A stretch of DNA of 64,000 nucleotides, from contig DATDVZ010000007.1 in the NCBI GenBank assembly GCA_036517475.1, positions 1,706 through 65,705 of the forward strand, given 5' to 3'. Of the stretch, positions 38,260 through 48,496 are shown in pieces. The translations under genes and the position numbers were made by a program. The stretch is from Minisyncoccota bacterium (GTDB lineage Bacteria > Patescibacteriota > Minisyncoccia > Phycocordibacterales > Zambryskibacteraceae). Below the pieces are notes generated by a model that saw nothing but the letters and a program-made list of their open reading frames with translations, was not told the origin of the DNA and searched no databases. The stretch's first letter is position 1. Each line of letters opens with the position of its first letter.

Positions 38260-38321
38260 ATTTTACGCTCCTTGAGCATCTCTCAAGTTGTCTGGCCGTC
38301 TCGAGCTAGCTCAAAGTGGTT

Positions 38322-38576
38322 TTATAATACTGGTTTACCAAACTCTATCAAATTTAGTTTCTTCTCACGTCGCCAACCTTTGAGTTGAGCCTCTCGTTTT
38401 AGTGCTGAACTTCTATCTTGATGTTTTTCTGTATATAACACGCTAACGACTTTACTTGATTTCGTATAATGACCACCTTTTCCGTTTTTGTGCTCATTAA
38501 AGCGCCTATTAACATCTGTTGTAATGCCTGTATATAAAGTTCCATTTCCACATTTTAAAATATATACAAAATACAT
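38322..38576 (-). CDS. Small GIY-YIG nuclease (UPF0213-like)
   Basis: FVYIL..LYTGITTDVNRR..H..G, ALKREAQLKGW. Confidence 0.92.
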   Translation of the reverse strand: MYFVYILKCGNGTLYTGITTDVNRRFNEHKNGKGGHYTKSSKVVSVLYTEKHQDRSSALKREAQLKGWRREKKLNLIEFGKPVL

Positions 38577-38670
38577 AAAGGCTTCGGTTCCGGGCTTCGA
38601 CTGATCTCAGCCGAATGTCCTCAGCCCACTTCGCCTGGCTCGCACTGAGCGAGCGTAGCGAGTCGAAGTG

Positions 38671-38741
38671 CTGCCGGACTTGGACTCGAACCAAGATACT
38701 CGCCTCCAAAGGGCGATGTCCTACCATTAGACGATCCGGCA
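38671..38741 (-). tRNA. tRNA-Gln(UUG)
   Basis: Cloverleaf: acceptor TGCCGGA/TCCGGCA, anticodon arm TCGCC-CTTTGGA-GGCGA, GGTTCGAGTCC. Confidence 0.95.
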
Positions 38742-38838
38742 ATACGAAAAATATACCATAAAAAATAACAATATTTCTATTTGTTAATTCGCTCGAATTA
38801 ACAAATAAGTAGGTAAAAATAATATTGCCATGCTAAAA

Positions 38839-39099
38839 CTATAACTCCTCAATTATTTTTGAAGCAATTCTTTCTAACTTTTTTGATAATGAATAATACA
38901 TCTCAAGGCTTCTCTGTTCCTTGTCTACTATATCCACGTTAAATAAAATCAAGAGATGTCTAGAGGTAGCACTGAATGATAGTTTTATCGCACCGGCAAT
39001 CTCGCCTACAGTTGCTTCGTTATTCTTTTTTAAATATGAAAGTATCGCAAGTCTCCGTTTATTACCAATTGCCTTTAATATTTTTTCTAATTGCTTCAT
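38839..39099 (-). CDS. ArsR/SmtB family transcriptional regulator
   Basis: KAIGNKRRLAIL, TVGEIA, ATSRHL. Confidence 0.9.
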   Translation of the reverse strand: MKQLEKILKAIGNKRRLAILSYLKKNNEATVGEIAGAIKLSFSATSRHLLILFNVDIVDKEQRSLEMYYSLSKKLERIASKIIEEL

Positions 39100-39174
39100 T
39101 ATTATTGTTTTTTATTTTTAATAGTCTTATTTGTTAATTCGTTCGAATTAACAAATAATGATGTTGATAGTATT

Positions 39175-40227
39175 TTATACTTGTTCATCTTTGTTGAATA
39201 ATTTAATCAAGGCAAGCTCAATGGGAAGCTCGGGAGTGTATGCCCGGGAGACAAATTCCTGAGCCAGGAGAAGTTCAGAGAGCACTTCGGATCCAATGGC
39301 GCATTCGGGATCCTTTGATACTGCTTTTATAAACTTAAAATCATCATCTGATAACTCCCCTTTTACTTCATCTTCTTCCATACCTCCTCCAAATTTGAGA
39401 AGTAAGACAAATCTCATCTTCTGCAGAACAAGTCTCATAAAAATTTTCATATCAACATTTTGTGATGCAGCTTTATGAACGTATCCTAGAGCTTTTTCAA
39501 GAGATTTATCCGAGACAGATTTTACAAAATCATTAATCAGAGTATTTTGAGGCGCTCCGGTAACTGTTTCTACTTCTTCAATTGAAATTTTCTTATTCTT
39601 GCTGTAGCTCATCACCTTCTGCAGTATTCCCTGCGCATCGCGAAAAGAAGCATCAGCCAAAAGTGCGATGAGTTCTGCAGATGAGGCATCAATCGTAAAA
39701 CCCTCTTTTTTTGAAATATTTGCCACCAGTTCTCTTAAAATTTTCTGGCTTGGTCTTTTAAATTGGTAAATTTGGCAGCGCGAAAGTATAGTTTCAGGAA
39801 TTTTTTCCATTTCTGTCGTTGCTAGAATAAAAATCACGTATTCCGGAGGCTCCTCAAGAGTTTTGAGGAATGCATTCCAAGCTTCTTTGGTAAGCATGTG
39901 AGCCTCATCGATAATGTAAATCTTGTATTTTGATTCAAACGGGACACTTGAAACAGATGTCTTGATTTCCCTGACATCATCAATCCCGCGATTGGAAGCG
40001 GCGTCAATCTCATGCAGATCGCTTGGCGAGACATCCAAGTCCTTGGCAATAATTCTAGCAACAGAAGTTTTGCCAATTCCGCGCGGTCCGGCAAAAAGAT
40101 AAGCGTGAGAAATGTTTCCCAGATCAAGGGCTCCTTTTATAACTTTAACTATATGATCTTGGCCTATAACATCCCCCCACTTTTGCGGGCGGTACTTGCG
40201 ATAAAGAGAAGTAGTCTCAGATGACAT
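39175..40227 (-). CDS. dnaX: DNA polymerase III subunit gamma/tau (short form)
   Basis: LYRKYRP, GPRGIGKT, EIDAAS, IDEAHML, LKTLEEPP, SRCQ. Confidence 0.96.
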   Translation of the reverse strand: MSSETTSLYRKYRPQKWGDVIGQDHIVKVIKGALDLGNISHAYLFAGPRGIGKTSVARIIAKDLDVSPSDLHEIDAASNRGIDDVREIKTSVSSVPFESKYKIYIIDEAHMLTKEAWNAFLKTLEEPPEYVIFILATTEMEKIPETILSRCQIYQFKRPSQKILRELVANISKKEGFTIDASSAELIALLADASFRDAQGILQKVMSYSKNKKISIEEVETVTGAPQNTLINDFVKSVSDKSLEKALGYVHKAASQNVDMKIFMRLVLQKMRFVLLLKFGGGMEEDEVKGELSDDDFKFIKAVSKDPECAIGSEVLSELLLAQEFVSRAYTPELPIELALIKLFNKDEQV

Positions 40228-40313
40228 GAAAAAGATTATAGCACCCGTTAAAATTTTTACTAAAACTTTAACGGGCAAGAAAAAGGAGCCCTTTGCAAGC
40301 GGCTCCTATGTGA

Positions 40314-41282
40314 TTACGGATCAACGAAGACCTTAGTACCCTTCGTGACAGGCTGGTTATTGGCATCGAGGCCAATAGTCCGCACAGTCACCGGAGTATA
40401 AGAAGGAGTATTTACGAAAATCCCCTTCACCCTGCATTTTGTTCCAGTCGCAGTCGCTGTGACATAAAGCGCACTGGAAGAAAAGCAAATGAAGTTAGTG
40501 GATACACCCGGATCACCCGTAATACTTACCGAGAGATCCATCTCCTGCCCGACTTTTATACGAACAGAGTCTGGCACAACTGAGAGATTAGTAACTCTTG
40601 AGAGAGGAACTCTCACGAGTACTGAATCCTTTTTACTCTGATCAGCTGAAGCAGTGCAGACTACCCATGTTACTCCTGCAACATTTCCAGTTCCGGGCCA
40701 AACTGACATAACAGTACCAGCAGTATCAACAGTAGCAATCTGCGCATTTCTTGATACGCAAGTTGAAGCGGTTGATTGACCCGCGGGTACCGTCACGGTG
40801 CGCCGCAGAACATAACTCTGCGTCCTAAAGACTGAAGTGTCCTTCGGCGCAAGAGTAATGCTTACTGGAACTGGGGGTGGTGCGTTCACTGTCACCACCG
40901 CAGTGTCAGATGTGGCTTGATGGGTTGCAAGCTTCGCCCAGATTTTTGCAACTCCAGGCGAAACACAGTTGACTTTACCAGTGCTGTCCACCACTGTTGC
41001 AGTGGTGGCACTCGTTGAACCCCAAGCTACTTTAGCGCTCTGTCCTGCAGGCACAGAAACTGTGGCACCAAACTGCCTATTCTCCCCAACCGTGCACGTT
41101 GCCGACTTTGGACTCACAGTAAGTGAGTAGTTAGAGGGCGGAGGTGGCGGAGGCGGGGGGGGCTGAGGTGGAGGTGGAGGCGCTGGCGGCCCTGACGGGC
41201 ACGAAACACAGACATTCTGCTCCTGCTTGCACCCTGCCACTGTCAACAATACCCCCAAAAGCAAGACCTTGAATCCTTTCAT
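40314..41282 (-). CDS. Lipoprotein with poly-Pro linker and ~3 Ig-like (Big_2-type) domains
   Basis: Lipobox TVAGC, PPPPPPQPPPPPPPPP, repeated beta-rich modules. Confidence 0.75.
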   Translation of the reverse strand: MKGFKVLLLGVLLTVAGCKQEQNVCVSCPSGPPAPPPPPQPPPPPPPPPSNYSLTVSPKSATCTVGENRQFGATVSVPAGQSAKVAWGSTSATTATVVDSTGKVNCVSPGVAKIWAKLATHQATSDTAVVTVNAPPPVPVSITLAPKDTSVFRTQSYVLRRTVTVPAGQSTASTCVSRNAQIATVDTAGTVMSVWPGTGNVAGVTWVVCTASADQSKKDSVLVRVPLSRVTNLSVVPDSVRIKVGQEMDLSVSITGDPGVSTNFICFSSSALYVTATATGTKCRVKGIFVNTPSYTPVTVRTIGLDANNQPVTKGTKVFVDP

Positions 41283-41757
41283 TTTTCACTCCTTCCTTGT
41301 TTGGTCATATGTTCAAGAACGTTTACTAAAATGGAAACTACCATTTTAGTTTTTAAAAGTCAACCCCGTCAAATAATTCGCTTTGCGAATTCCTGCGAAG
41401 CGGGATTTAACAGGGTCAAGCCTAGAGTAGGAACAATGAATAAAGAGTGAGGAATAAAAAAATGAACCTTTTGGGTTCATTACTTGACACATGCAAATGG
41501 CAATTTGCCGCTCATTTTTCTAAATACTTCATCAGCACGTCTGATTGTTTCAAGTCTTTCTGGAGTATTGGGAGTCCCCTCTTGGATCTCCTTCAATATT
41601 CTTCTCGCGTCTTCTCCTCTTACTACCGGGGAAACCATTTCAGAAACTGATCGAGCCATTTTTTTTCCTCTTTATTTTTTCTTAAAATAAGATATCACAA
41701 ATTTTGTAAATATCAAAGGGCGGACCTCGCTGTCCGCCCTTTTTATAAAGCACTAAA

Positions 41758-42246
41758 TCAGTGCTTTTCTTTCTTCCAACTTGGATGTTCAGGCCAAGTC
41801 GGAAGGCTCACCGAGTTAGAAACGCGCTCGTGGCGTTCCATCTCCTCGATAGTCATGATTCCAAAGCCCTCCTCTGGCCAGAGACCAGGTATTACTTCAG
41901 GATCTCCAAAGGCATCCATATCCTGAGGAGCAAACGGCTCTTCACCACTACTGTCCCGAAGTGCCGCTATCCTGATCTCTCCGGAGTCATTGAGAGGATC
42001 AAAAGGATTCGAATCATCGGGCATATCCTCATCGTCCTCAACTAGTGCTTCCGGGCTCGGGTTCACCGAGTGAAGCACGAGTGCAATACGGTTCGTGCGA
42101 GGATATGGTAATGCCATTCTTTTTGCCCGTTCTTCTCTTTCTTCGGCAGGTGTGAGATTTCTTCTCGGCCTCTTTCTTCTTTCAACGAAATCAGAAGGAG
42201 GAACAAAGTCGCCCACAAAGGCATCTGCACGAAGTAAGTGGCCCAT
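41758..42246 (-). CDS. Hypothetical acidic/Pro-rich protein
   Basis: ORF with downstream hairpin; start uncertain. Confidence 0.55.
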   Translation of the reverse strand: MGHLLRADAFVGDFVPPSDFVERRKRPRRNLTPAEEREERAKRMALPYPRTNRIALVLHSVNPSPEALVEDDEDMPDDSNPFDPLNDSGEIRIAALRDSSGEEPFAPQDMDAFGDPEVIPGLWPEEGFGIMTIEEMERHERVSNSVSLPTWPEHPSWKKEKH

Positions 42247-42337
42247 AGAACGTCTCCATGGAAGGGGGATGAGGGGTACTACGAAAAGTACATCCAAAAT
42301 GAATTATACATGAAAATAAATATTTATCAACAGTCAC

Positions 42338-43144
42338 TTACCTTCTCTTTATTACAGCTTTATTTCCGTACCTCAAATCAATTGATTCAACTTGTAATCT
42401 GCCGTCCCTTATTGCAAAGAGGCTCTGATCTTGAAGGATTGAATCAAGATTAGAAATTATTCTGGAGGTATTCTCTTCAAGAGGAAAAATAATTTTACCC
42501 CCCTCAGCGCTTATTTCAAATTCATTTTCATTAATCGGCTCAACTGACAATGGAGTAACCCCCATTTTTTTTATCTCATCAATCAATAAATTTAATTTTA
42601 CAAAAAACTCAGGCAAATAATTCTGCCTCATTGGGCTACCCTCAAACCCTCCCCTATAAATAAAATAGACACCGGCTGTTGCATTTATACCTTCAGCGTA
42701 AACATATCCTTTACTGTCCATAAAATAGCATTTTTCAGGATTCTCGCTGTCACACCAGATCGCAAATGGTTTTCTTTCTTTAATATTAATCTCTGCATCC
42801 TGCAGAGATGTCAGATTCACCTCAACACCTTGAGTTCTCGGAAAATCGTTCAAAATCTTCTTTTCAAGAGCTTTCTTTGGGAAGATAAGAAAATTGGTTT
42901 TTGGTAAAAGAGTAAAATATTTTCCCCCAGAAACATCCACCGCAGTTTTTTTGATATCATCTTCATTGATACTGACTGCCCCGAGAACAGTAAAATTTCG
43001 AACCTGCAGTGAGGATATTGAAAGTAATTTTGTAAGCGCAAACACAAGCAGTACAAGAACAAGTAAAGAAAGACCGAGCTTAAATACAAATCTCTGTCTT
43101 CTTTTTTTTCTTACATTGTTACTTTGAAATTTGTTCCTTGCCAT
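42338..43144 (-). CDS. FtsQ/DivIB-like cell division protein
   Basis: Basic N-terminus, TM, POTRA-like region, IKERKPFAIW, IDLRYG. Confidence 0.75.
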   Translation of the reverse strand: MARNKFQSNNVRKKRRQRFVFKLGLSLLVLVLLVFALTKLLSISSLQVRNFTVLGAVSINEDDIKKTAVDVSGGKYFTLLPKTNFLIFPKKALEKKILNDFPRTQGVEVNLTSLQDAEINIKERKPFAIWCDSENPEKCYFMDSKGYVYAEGINATAGVYFIYRGGFEGSPMRQNYLPEFFVKLNLLIDEIKKMGVTPLSVEPINENEFEISAEGGKIIFPLEENTSRIISNLDSILQDQSLFAIRDGRLQVESIDLRYGNKAVIKRR

Positions 43145-44384
43145 TCATGTACTTACGCAATACTTCAGGAACCGCGACCGAACCATCAGACTGCTGATAA
43201 TTTTCAACTATGCCGACAAGAATTCTTGGCGTCGGAATCGCGGTATTGTTGAGCGAATGGGCAAATCTCTTCTGCCCATTGTCATCGTATTTGATTCCAA
43301 ATCGTCTTGTTTGGAAATCATGATAATAGGAAGAGCTTGCGATTTCTCTATAACCATTCTGTGAGGGTAACCACATTTCAATTTCATATTGCTTGACCTT
43401 GCTTGCAGAAAGCTCTCCCGTACAAATAACAGAGCGTCTGTAGGCAAGACCTAGGCTTTCTAAAAATTCTTCGGTGCGAACCGTGAGCTCCTCATGCAAC
43501 CTCTCGCTTTCCTCGTGTCTAGCTTCGCATAAGACCAGTTGTTCAAATTTATAAAACTCATGAACCCGAATTAACCCCTTTATATCTTTGCTGTAGCTTC
43601 CCGCCTCCCTGCGATAACAGGGAGAGAAAGCCAGAAATTTTTTTGGCAAATCAGATTTGCGCAAAGTTTCTCCCGAGTAATAGGCCATCATCGGCACTTC
43701 TGCTGTGCCGGAGAGATAATCGTCATCCTGTGTTTTAAATAAGTCCTCCGCGTCATTTGGCAGATGGCCCGTACCGTAAAAATGCTCTTTTCGCACAATT
43801 ACCGGAGTAATGACTTCTTCAACCCCCTCTCCGGAAAAAAACTCTCTTGCATGATTCCAGATTGCCCAAGAAAGTTTTGCCCCCTCTCCTGTAAGAAAAT
43901 ATCCGCGAAACCCGTGAGTCTTAACCCCTCTTTCAAAATCCACCATTCCAAGATTTTCCATCAAAGCTATGTGATCTTTCACAGGAAAATCAAACTGCGG
44001 AGTATCTCCCCATTTTTTTATTTCAACATTATCTTCCTCAGCTTTACCTTCTGGCACTGATGGGTCGGCAATATTGGGCACGGAAAGCATAATTGAATGC
44101 CACTCATTCATTATTCCTTTTAACTTCTCTTCTTCTTTCTGTAATTCTTCTTTGACAACCTTCATCTCATCAATAAATTTAAGTTTGAGGGTTGAATTTT
44201 TCTCTTGAGGGATTTTTACATTGTATTCATTCTGTATTCGGCGCTTCTCCTCGACACTTACAAGAACTTTGCGCCTTTCATCATCAACCTCAATAAGCCG
44301 CTTTAAATCAACCTTGATTTTTTTCTTTCTTGCGGCTTCGGCAATCAGATCCTTATTTTCTATAATAAATTTAATGTCTAACAT
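43119..44384 (-). CDS. serS: Serine--tRNA ligase
   Basis: MLDIKFI, GTAEVP, YRREAG, RVHEF, EIASSS, HSLNNT. Confidence 0.97.
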   Translation of the reverse strand: MLDIKFIIENKDLIAEAARKKKIKVDLKRLIEVDDERRKVLVSVEEKRRIQNEYNVKIPQEKNSTLKLKFIDEMKVVKEELQKEEEKLKGIMNEWHSIMLSVPNIADPSVPEGKAEEDNVEIKKWGDTPQFDFPVKDHIALMENLGMVDFERGVKTHGFRGYFLTGEGAKLSWAIWNHAREFFSGEGVEEVITPVIVRKEHFYGTGHLPNDAEDLFKTQDDDYLSGTAEVPMMAYYSGETLRKSDLPKKFLAFSPCYRREAGSYSKDIKGLIRVHEFYKFEQLVLCEARHEESERLHEELTVRTEEFLESLGLAYRRSVICTGELSASKVKQYEIEMWLPSQNGYREIASSSYYHDFQTRRFGIKYDDNGQKRFAHSLNNTAIPTPRILVGIVENYQQSDGSVAVPEVLRKYMNGKEQISK

Positions 44385-44387
44385 GAT

Positions 44388-44687
44388 TTAAACTGGATAC
44401 TTCGGTGGTAAACCTATATCAACTCTTAATTCATTCACTATATTTTTATAATACCCCATATCTTCATCTTCAATTTTACCCCCTAAAACACCGCCAATAA
44501 TGTGCTCTATTTCAGAAATAGTCAAAATCTGAATAATTAGGTTGCGCCTTTCTACTCTGCTTTTAGCCCCCTCCAAAAGATCTAAATACTCATTTGCCTC
44601 ACTTTCAATAACTTCCTTGACATATCTTTTCGCTATCTCTCTTGGCTCATCCCCAGAACTGGGTATTTCGTCTGGATTTTCACTCAT
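44388..44687 (-). CDS. Hypothetical protein
   Basis: ORF directly upstream of serS. Confidence 0.5.
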   Translation of the reverse strand: MSENPDEIPSSGDEPREIAKRYVKEVIESEANEYLDLLEGAKSRVERRNLIIQILTISEIEHIIGGVLGGKIEDEDMGYYKNIVNELRVDIGLPPKYPV

Positions 44688-44716
44688 AATATTTATTAAT
44701 TGTATAATAACACGAA

Positions 44717-45589
44717 ATGCCTTACTCAATCCGTGACTTAAAACTTGAAGAATTCCCCCCTTTGCTAAAGGAAATTCCAGATCCTCCTAAGAAACTTTTT
44801 CTGGCGGGAAGTCTGCCAAAAGAAGAAAATAAAATTTTATGTATTGTAGGTTCGCGAAAATATACTCAATATGGTAAGGAAATCTGTGAGAAATTGATTA
44901 GTGAAATTAAAGGTTATCCGATAACGATAGTATCTGGTCTTGCTTTGGGTACTGACTCAATTGCTCATAAAGCAGCCATGAAAAATGGTTTACAAACCGT
45001 TGCCCTACCCGGTTCAGGATTGAATTCTAAAAATCTTTACCCGAGTTCTCATCTACCTCTTGCGGAAGAAATTATTGAAAATGGCGGCGGGCTTTTATCA
45101 GAATTTGATCCTGATTTCAAAGCCACTCTCTGGAGTTTTCCACAAAGAAACAGAATTATGGCAGGAATTTCCCATGCAGTTTTAATAATTGAGGCAGAAA
45201 TTAAATCGGGAACTCTAATTACTTCTAGGCTCGCTACAGAATACAACCGTGATGTTATGACCGTACCCGGATCAATCTTTTCAAAAAATTCAGAAGGTCC
45301 GCATATGCTGATTAAACTTGGGGCAACGCCAGTAACTTCAGGAGAAGATATTTTAAAAGTACTAAATATAGAAACTTCTATAACTAAGAATAATCAATCA
45401 TTCGATATATCGAATGAAATGCTTTCAGAGGATGAAAAGAAAATTGTTGAACTTCTGCATAACCCAGTGACACGAGATGATCTAATCCGCCAAAGCGGCA
45501 TGCCTGCAAGTAAAATCAATATGATAATTACTGCAATGGAGATAAAAGGAATTATCACTGAAAGTGTGGGGGAAATCCGAATTAATTAA
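44717..45589 (+). CDS. dprA: DNA-processing protein DprA
   Basis: IVGSR, VSGLALGTD..AH, FPQRNRI, SGTLIT, VPGSI. Confidence 0.96.
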   Translation: MPYSIRDLKLEEFPPLLKEIPDPPKKLFLAGSLPKEENKILCIVGSRKYTQYGKEICEKLISEIKGYPITIVSGLALGTDSIAHKAAMKNGLQTVALPGSGLNSKNLYPSSHLPLAEEIIENGGGLLSEFDPDFKATLWSFPQRNRIMAGISHAVLIIEAEIKSGTLITSRLATEYNRDVMTVPGSIFSKNSEGPHMLIKLGATPVTSGEDILKVLNIETSITKNNQSFDISNEMLSEDEKKIVELLHNPVTRDDLIRQSGMPASKINMIITAMEIKGIITESVGEIRIN

Positions 45590-45698
45590 AAAATGTTCCA
45601 CTTGGTGGTGAAACCGCCACGTGGCTGCTGTGGTAAGTATTGACTTTTTTTGTTATTAATGTATATTAACTAAAGAAACCCAGACAGAGGAGTTTAAA

Positions 45699-46004
45699 AT
45701 GAAACTCAGCCCCAGTGAGCTAGATTTGCTTACTGAAAAGAAGGTTGTAAAAACGAATAACAAAAAGAGAAACTTGCTTTTAATTGGAGTTGGTGTGGCG
45801 GCTTTAGTCTTTGGGACACCCGTCGGTTGGCTCATCTTCGGAGCACTTTGGCCGGCGATGTCATTTTTGGTAAGTGCTGTCACTGGACTTGATCCCAGAC
45901 TTGCCTCAACGATTGGGCTTTTTCTTTCTTTCATCGTTTTTGGCGCCGGGGTTCTGACCTTATATAAAATCGTAAGAAAAAAGTTATCTCGAACGCAAGC
46001 TTAG
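45699..46004 (+). CDS. Small membrane protein
   Basis: Hydrophobic helices; SD GAGGAG. Confidence 0.65.
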   Translation: MKLSPSELDLLTEKKVVKTNNKKRNLLLIGVGVAALVFGTPVGWLIFGALWPAMSFLVSAVTGLDPRLASTIGLFLSFIVFGAGVLTLYKIVRKKLSRTQA

Positions 46005-46094
46005 CTTGCGTTTTTCTTTTTAATTTATTATTTCTATCCTTTAAATTAATATTGATATTTGCAAATAAAATCTTTTTATAGTATCAATTCACCC

Positions 46095-48299
46095 ATGAGT
46101 AAAAAACTTTTAATTGTTGAGTCGCCGGCAAAAGCAAAAACGATTGGAAAATATCTCGGAGATGAGTACGAGGTTGTTGCCTCAGTCGGGCATATTCGTG
46201 ATTTACCTAAATCAAATAAAAAAGCAATTGATATTGAAGGCGGATTTATACCCCATTATGAAATCGTTAAAGGAAAAGAAAAAGTAATTTCAGAAATAAA
46301 AAGAAAAGCTTCAAAATCTGATGAAATAATCCTTGCTACAGACCCAGACCGCGAGGGGGAGGCTATTGCATGGCATATTTCCGAGCTCATCAAAAATAAG
46401 TCAGCAGAATCAGGAATCAAGAATCATGAATTAAGAATCAAAAGGGTTACTTATCATGAAATTACGGAAGATGCCATAAAAGAAGCGCTCGGGAATCCCA
46501 GAGATATTGATGAGAATTTAAAAACCGCGCAAGAAGCACGCAGGGTTTTAGACAGACTTGTCGGCTACGATCTTTCTGGTCTAATCTGGAAAAAGGTTCG
46601 ATATGGCCTCTCTGCCGGCAGAGTCCAGTCCCCTGCTCTGCGAATACTAATGGAGCGTGAACGTGAAATAAGAGCATTTAAGTCTGAAACATTTTGGACA
46701 ATTACCGCATTATTAAAAAATAAAAATAATATTGAGTATGTTTTCACATGCGAAGAAGAACCAAGGGATAAAAATGAAGTTGAACGAATAATTGATATCG
46801 GCAAAAAGGAAGATTGGGAAATTAAAGACATAAAAGAAACAGAGGTAAAGCGATCCCCCAGACCGCCATTTATTACTTCTACACTTCAGCAAGCGGCAAG
46901 CTCTCGGCTTGGATTTGCACCCTCAAGAACAATGGGTATTGCGCAAAAATTGTATGAATCCGGTTTCATAACTTACATGAGAACTGACAGTACAAATTTA
47001 AGCGAGAATGCAAAAAATCAAATCGCCTCGGTAGTGGAGAAAAAATTTGGCAGGCAGAATTTGCAATTACGAAACTATGCAAAAAAAAGCAAAAACGCTC
47101 AAGAAGCGCATGAAGCTATCCGACCTTCAGATTTATTCAGGGAAGGTGCCGGCCACAATGAAGAGCAAAAAAAGTTGTATAAATTAATCTGGGGAAGAGC
47201 AGTTTCAAGCCAAATGATTGATGCAAAAGTTTTAAGGACCAGAGTCTTGGCGAATACTATAAATGAAAATATTCCTAATTTTGTGCTGAACGGTTCCCGC
47301 ACAATAAGCGACGGCTGGCTTTTAGCTGATCCCATTGCCAAAACAGAAGATGTTGAAGTACCAAAATTTCAAAAGGAAGAAAAACTGAAATTATCTTCAA
47401 TTGATTCAGAGGAAAAGCAAACTCAACCTCCGGCAAGATATTCAGAGGCAGGATTAGTTAAAGAGTTGGAAAAAAGAGGCATTGGAAGGCCCTCAACTTA
47501 TGCTTCAATCATAAAGACACTTCTGGACAGAGGTTACATTGTTAAGGAGCAGAGAGCGCTTCTTCCGACAGATACTGGAGATGTTGTGAGCTCATTTTTG
47601 GAGGAAAATTTTGCAAATTATATCAGCGACACATTTACTGCGGAGATGGAGGATGAACTGGATGAGATAGCGGCCGGTAAAAGAGGTTATGAAAAAACCT
47701 TACGCGACTTCTATACCCCCTTTTTAAAAGACGTGAAGTCAAAGGAAAAAATCACAAAATTGACAAACCTCGGTGAGGCCGACCCAAAATGGAAATGCCC
47801 AGTTTGCGGCTCCTCAATGATTATTAAGCTTGGAAGAAGCGGAAAATTTCTTTCATGTTCAAGATTCCCAGATTGTAAAGGCGCGCGAACAATAGAGGGT
47901 GAGGAGCTCGCGGGGCCAAAAGATACTGGGGAAATATGTCCTGAGTGCGGCAAAGCAAATTTGGTAGAAAGGGATGGTAAATTTGGGCGTTTCATTGCCT
48001 GTTCACGATATCCAAAATGCAAATTTGTTAAAAAAAGTCCGGAAGAGGAAAACCGCAGCAAGACAGGTGTAAAATGCCCCGTTTGCAAAGAAGGTGAAAT
48101 GGTGGAGCGCCGAGGTCGCTTCGGAATTTTTTATTCATGTAGCAATTATCCTAGATGTAAAAACGCCATCAAGGCCAAGCCGACAGGAAATATCTGCCAA
48201 ATGTGCGGATCATTAATGATGGAAGGCACAAAGACTATACCTGAGCGTTGTAGTAATAAACAATGTGTAATGCATAATCCTCATAAAAATAAATTATAA
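46095..48299 (+). CDS. topA: DNA topoisomerase I with C-terminal Zn ribbons
   Basis: VESPAKA, DPDREGE, SAGRVQS, ITYMRTDS, GIGRPSTY. Confidence 0.98.
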   Translation: MSKKLLIVESPAKAKTIGKYLGDEYEVVASVGHIRDLPKSNKKAIDIEGGFIPHYEIVKGKEKVISEIKRKASKSDEIILATDPDREGEAIAWHISELIKNKSAESGIKNHELRIKRVTYHEITEDAIKEALGNPRDIDENLKTAQEARRVLDRLVGYDLSGLIWKKVRYGLSAGRVQSPALRILMEREREIRAFKSETFWTITALLKNKNNIEYVFTCEEEPRDKNEVERIIDIGKKEDWEIKDIKETEVKRSPRPPFITSTLQQAASSRLGFAPSRTMGIAQKLYESGFITYMRTDSTNLSENAKNQIASVVEKKFGRQNLQLRNYAKKSKNAQEAHEAIRPSDLFREGAGHNEEQKKLYKLIWGRAVSSQMIDAKVLRTRVLANTINENIPNFVLNGSRTISDGWLLADPIAKTEDVEVPKFQKEEKLKLSSIDSEEKQTQPPARYSEAGLVKELEKRGIGRPSTYASIIKTLLDRGYIVKEQRALLPTDTGDVVSSFLEENFANYISDTFTAEMEDELDEIAAGKRGYEKTLRDFYTPFLKDVKSKEKITKLTNLGEADPKWKCPVCGSSMIIKLGRSGKFLSCSRFPDCKGARTIEGEELAGPKDTGEICPECGKANLVERDGKFGRFIACSRYPKCKFVKKSPEEENRSKTGVKCPVCKEGEMVERRGRFGIFYSCSNYPRCKNAIKAKPTGNICQMCGSLMMEGTKTIPERCSNKQCVMHNPHKNKL

Positions 48300-48496
48300 T
48301 TGGTAAGCAGGCACACTACTGTGCCTGCGCTAATAGTCTTTGTGAGGCACAGCGATGTCGCATCAGCAGATGCGACCGCGAGCCGGGGTCGCGAGCGCTT
48401 TCGCTCGACGGAGCGAAGGCGACTTGTGACCTAAAACTATCCCGGAGCGCTGTTCTAATAAAGCGTGTCCAAACCATAATCCTCATAAATTAAAAA

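Noticed and set aside
38509-38742. 77-aa ORF; likewise 62809-63105
   Set aside because: Overlap tRNA genes and real CDSs.
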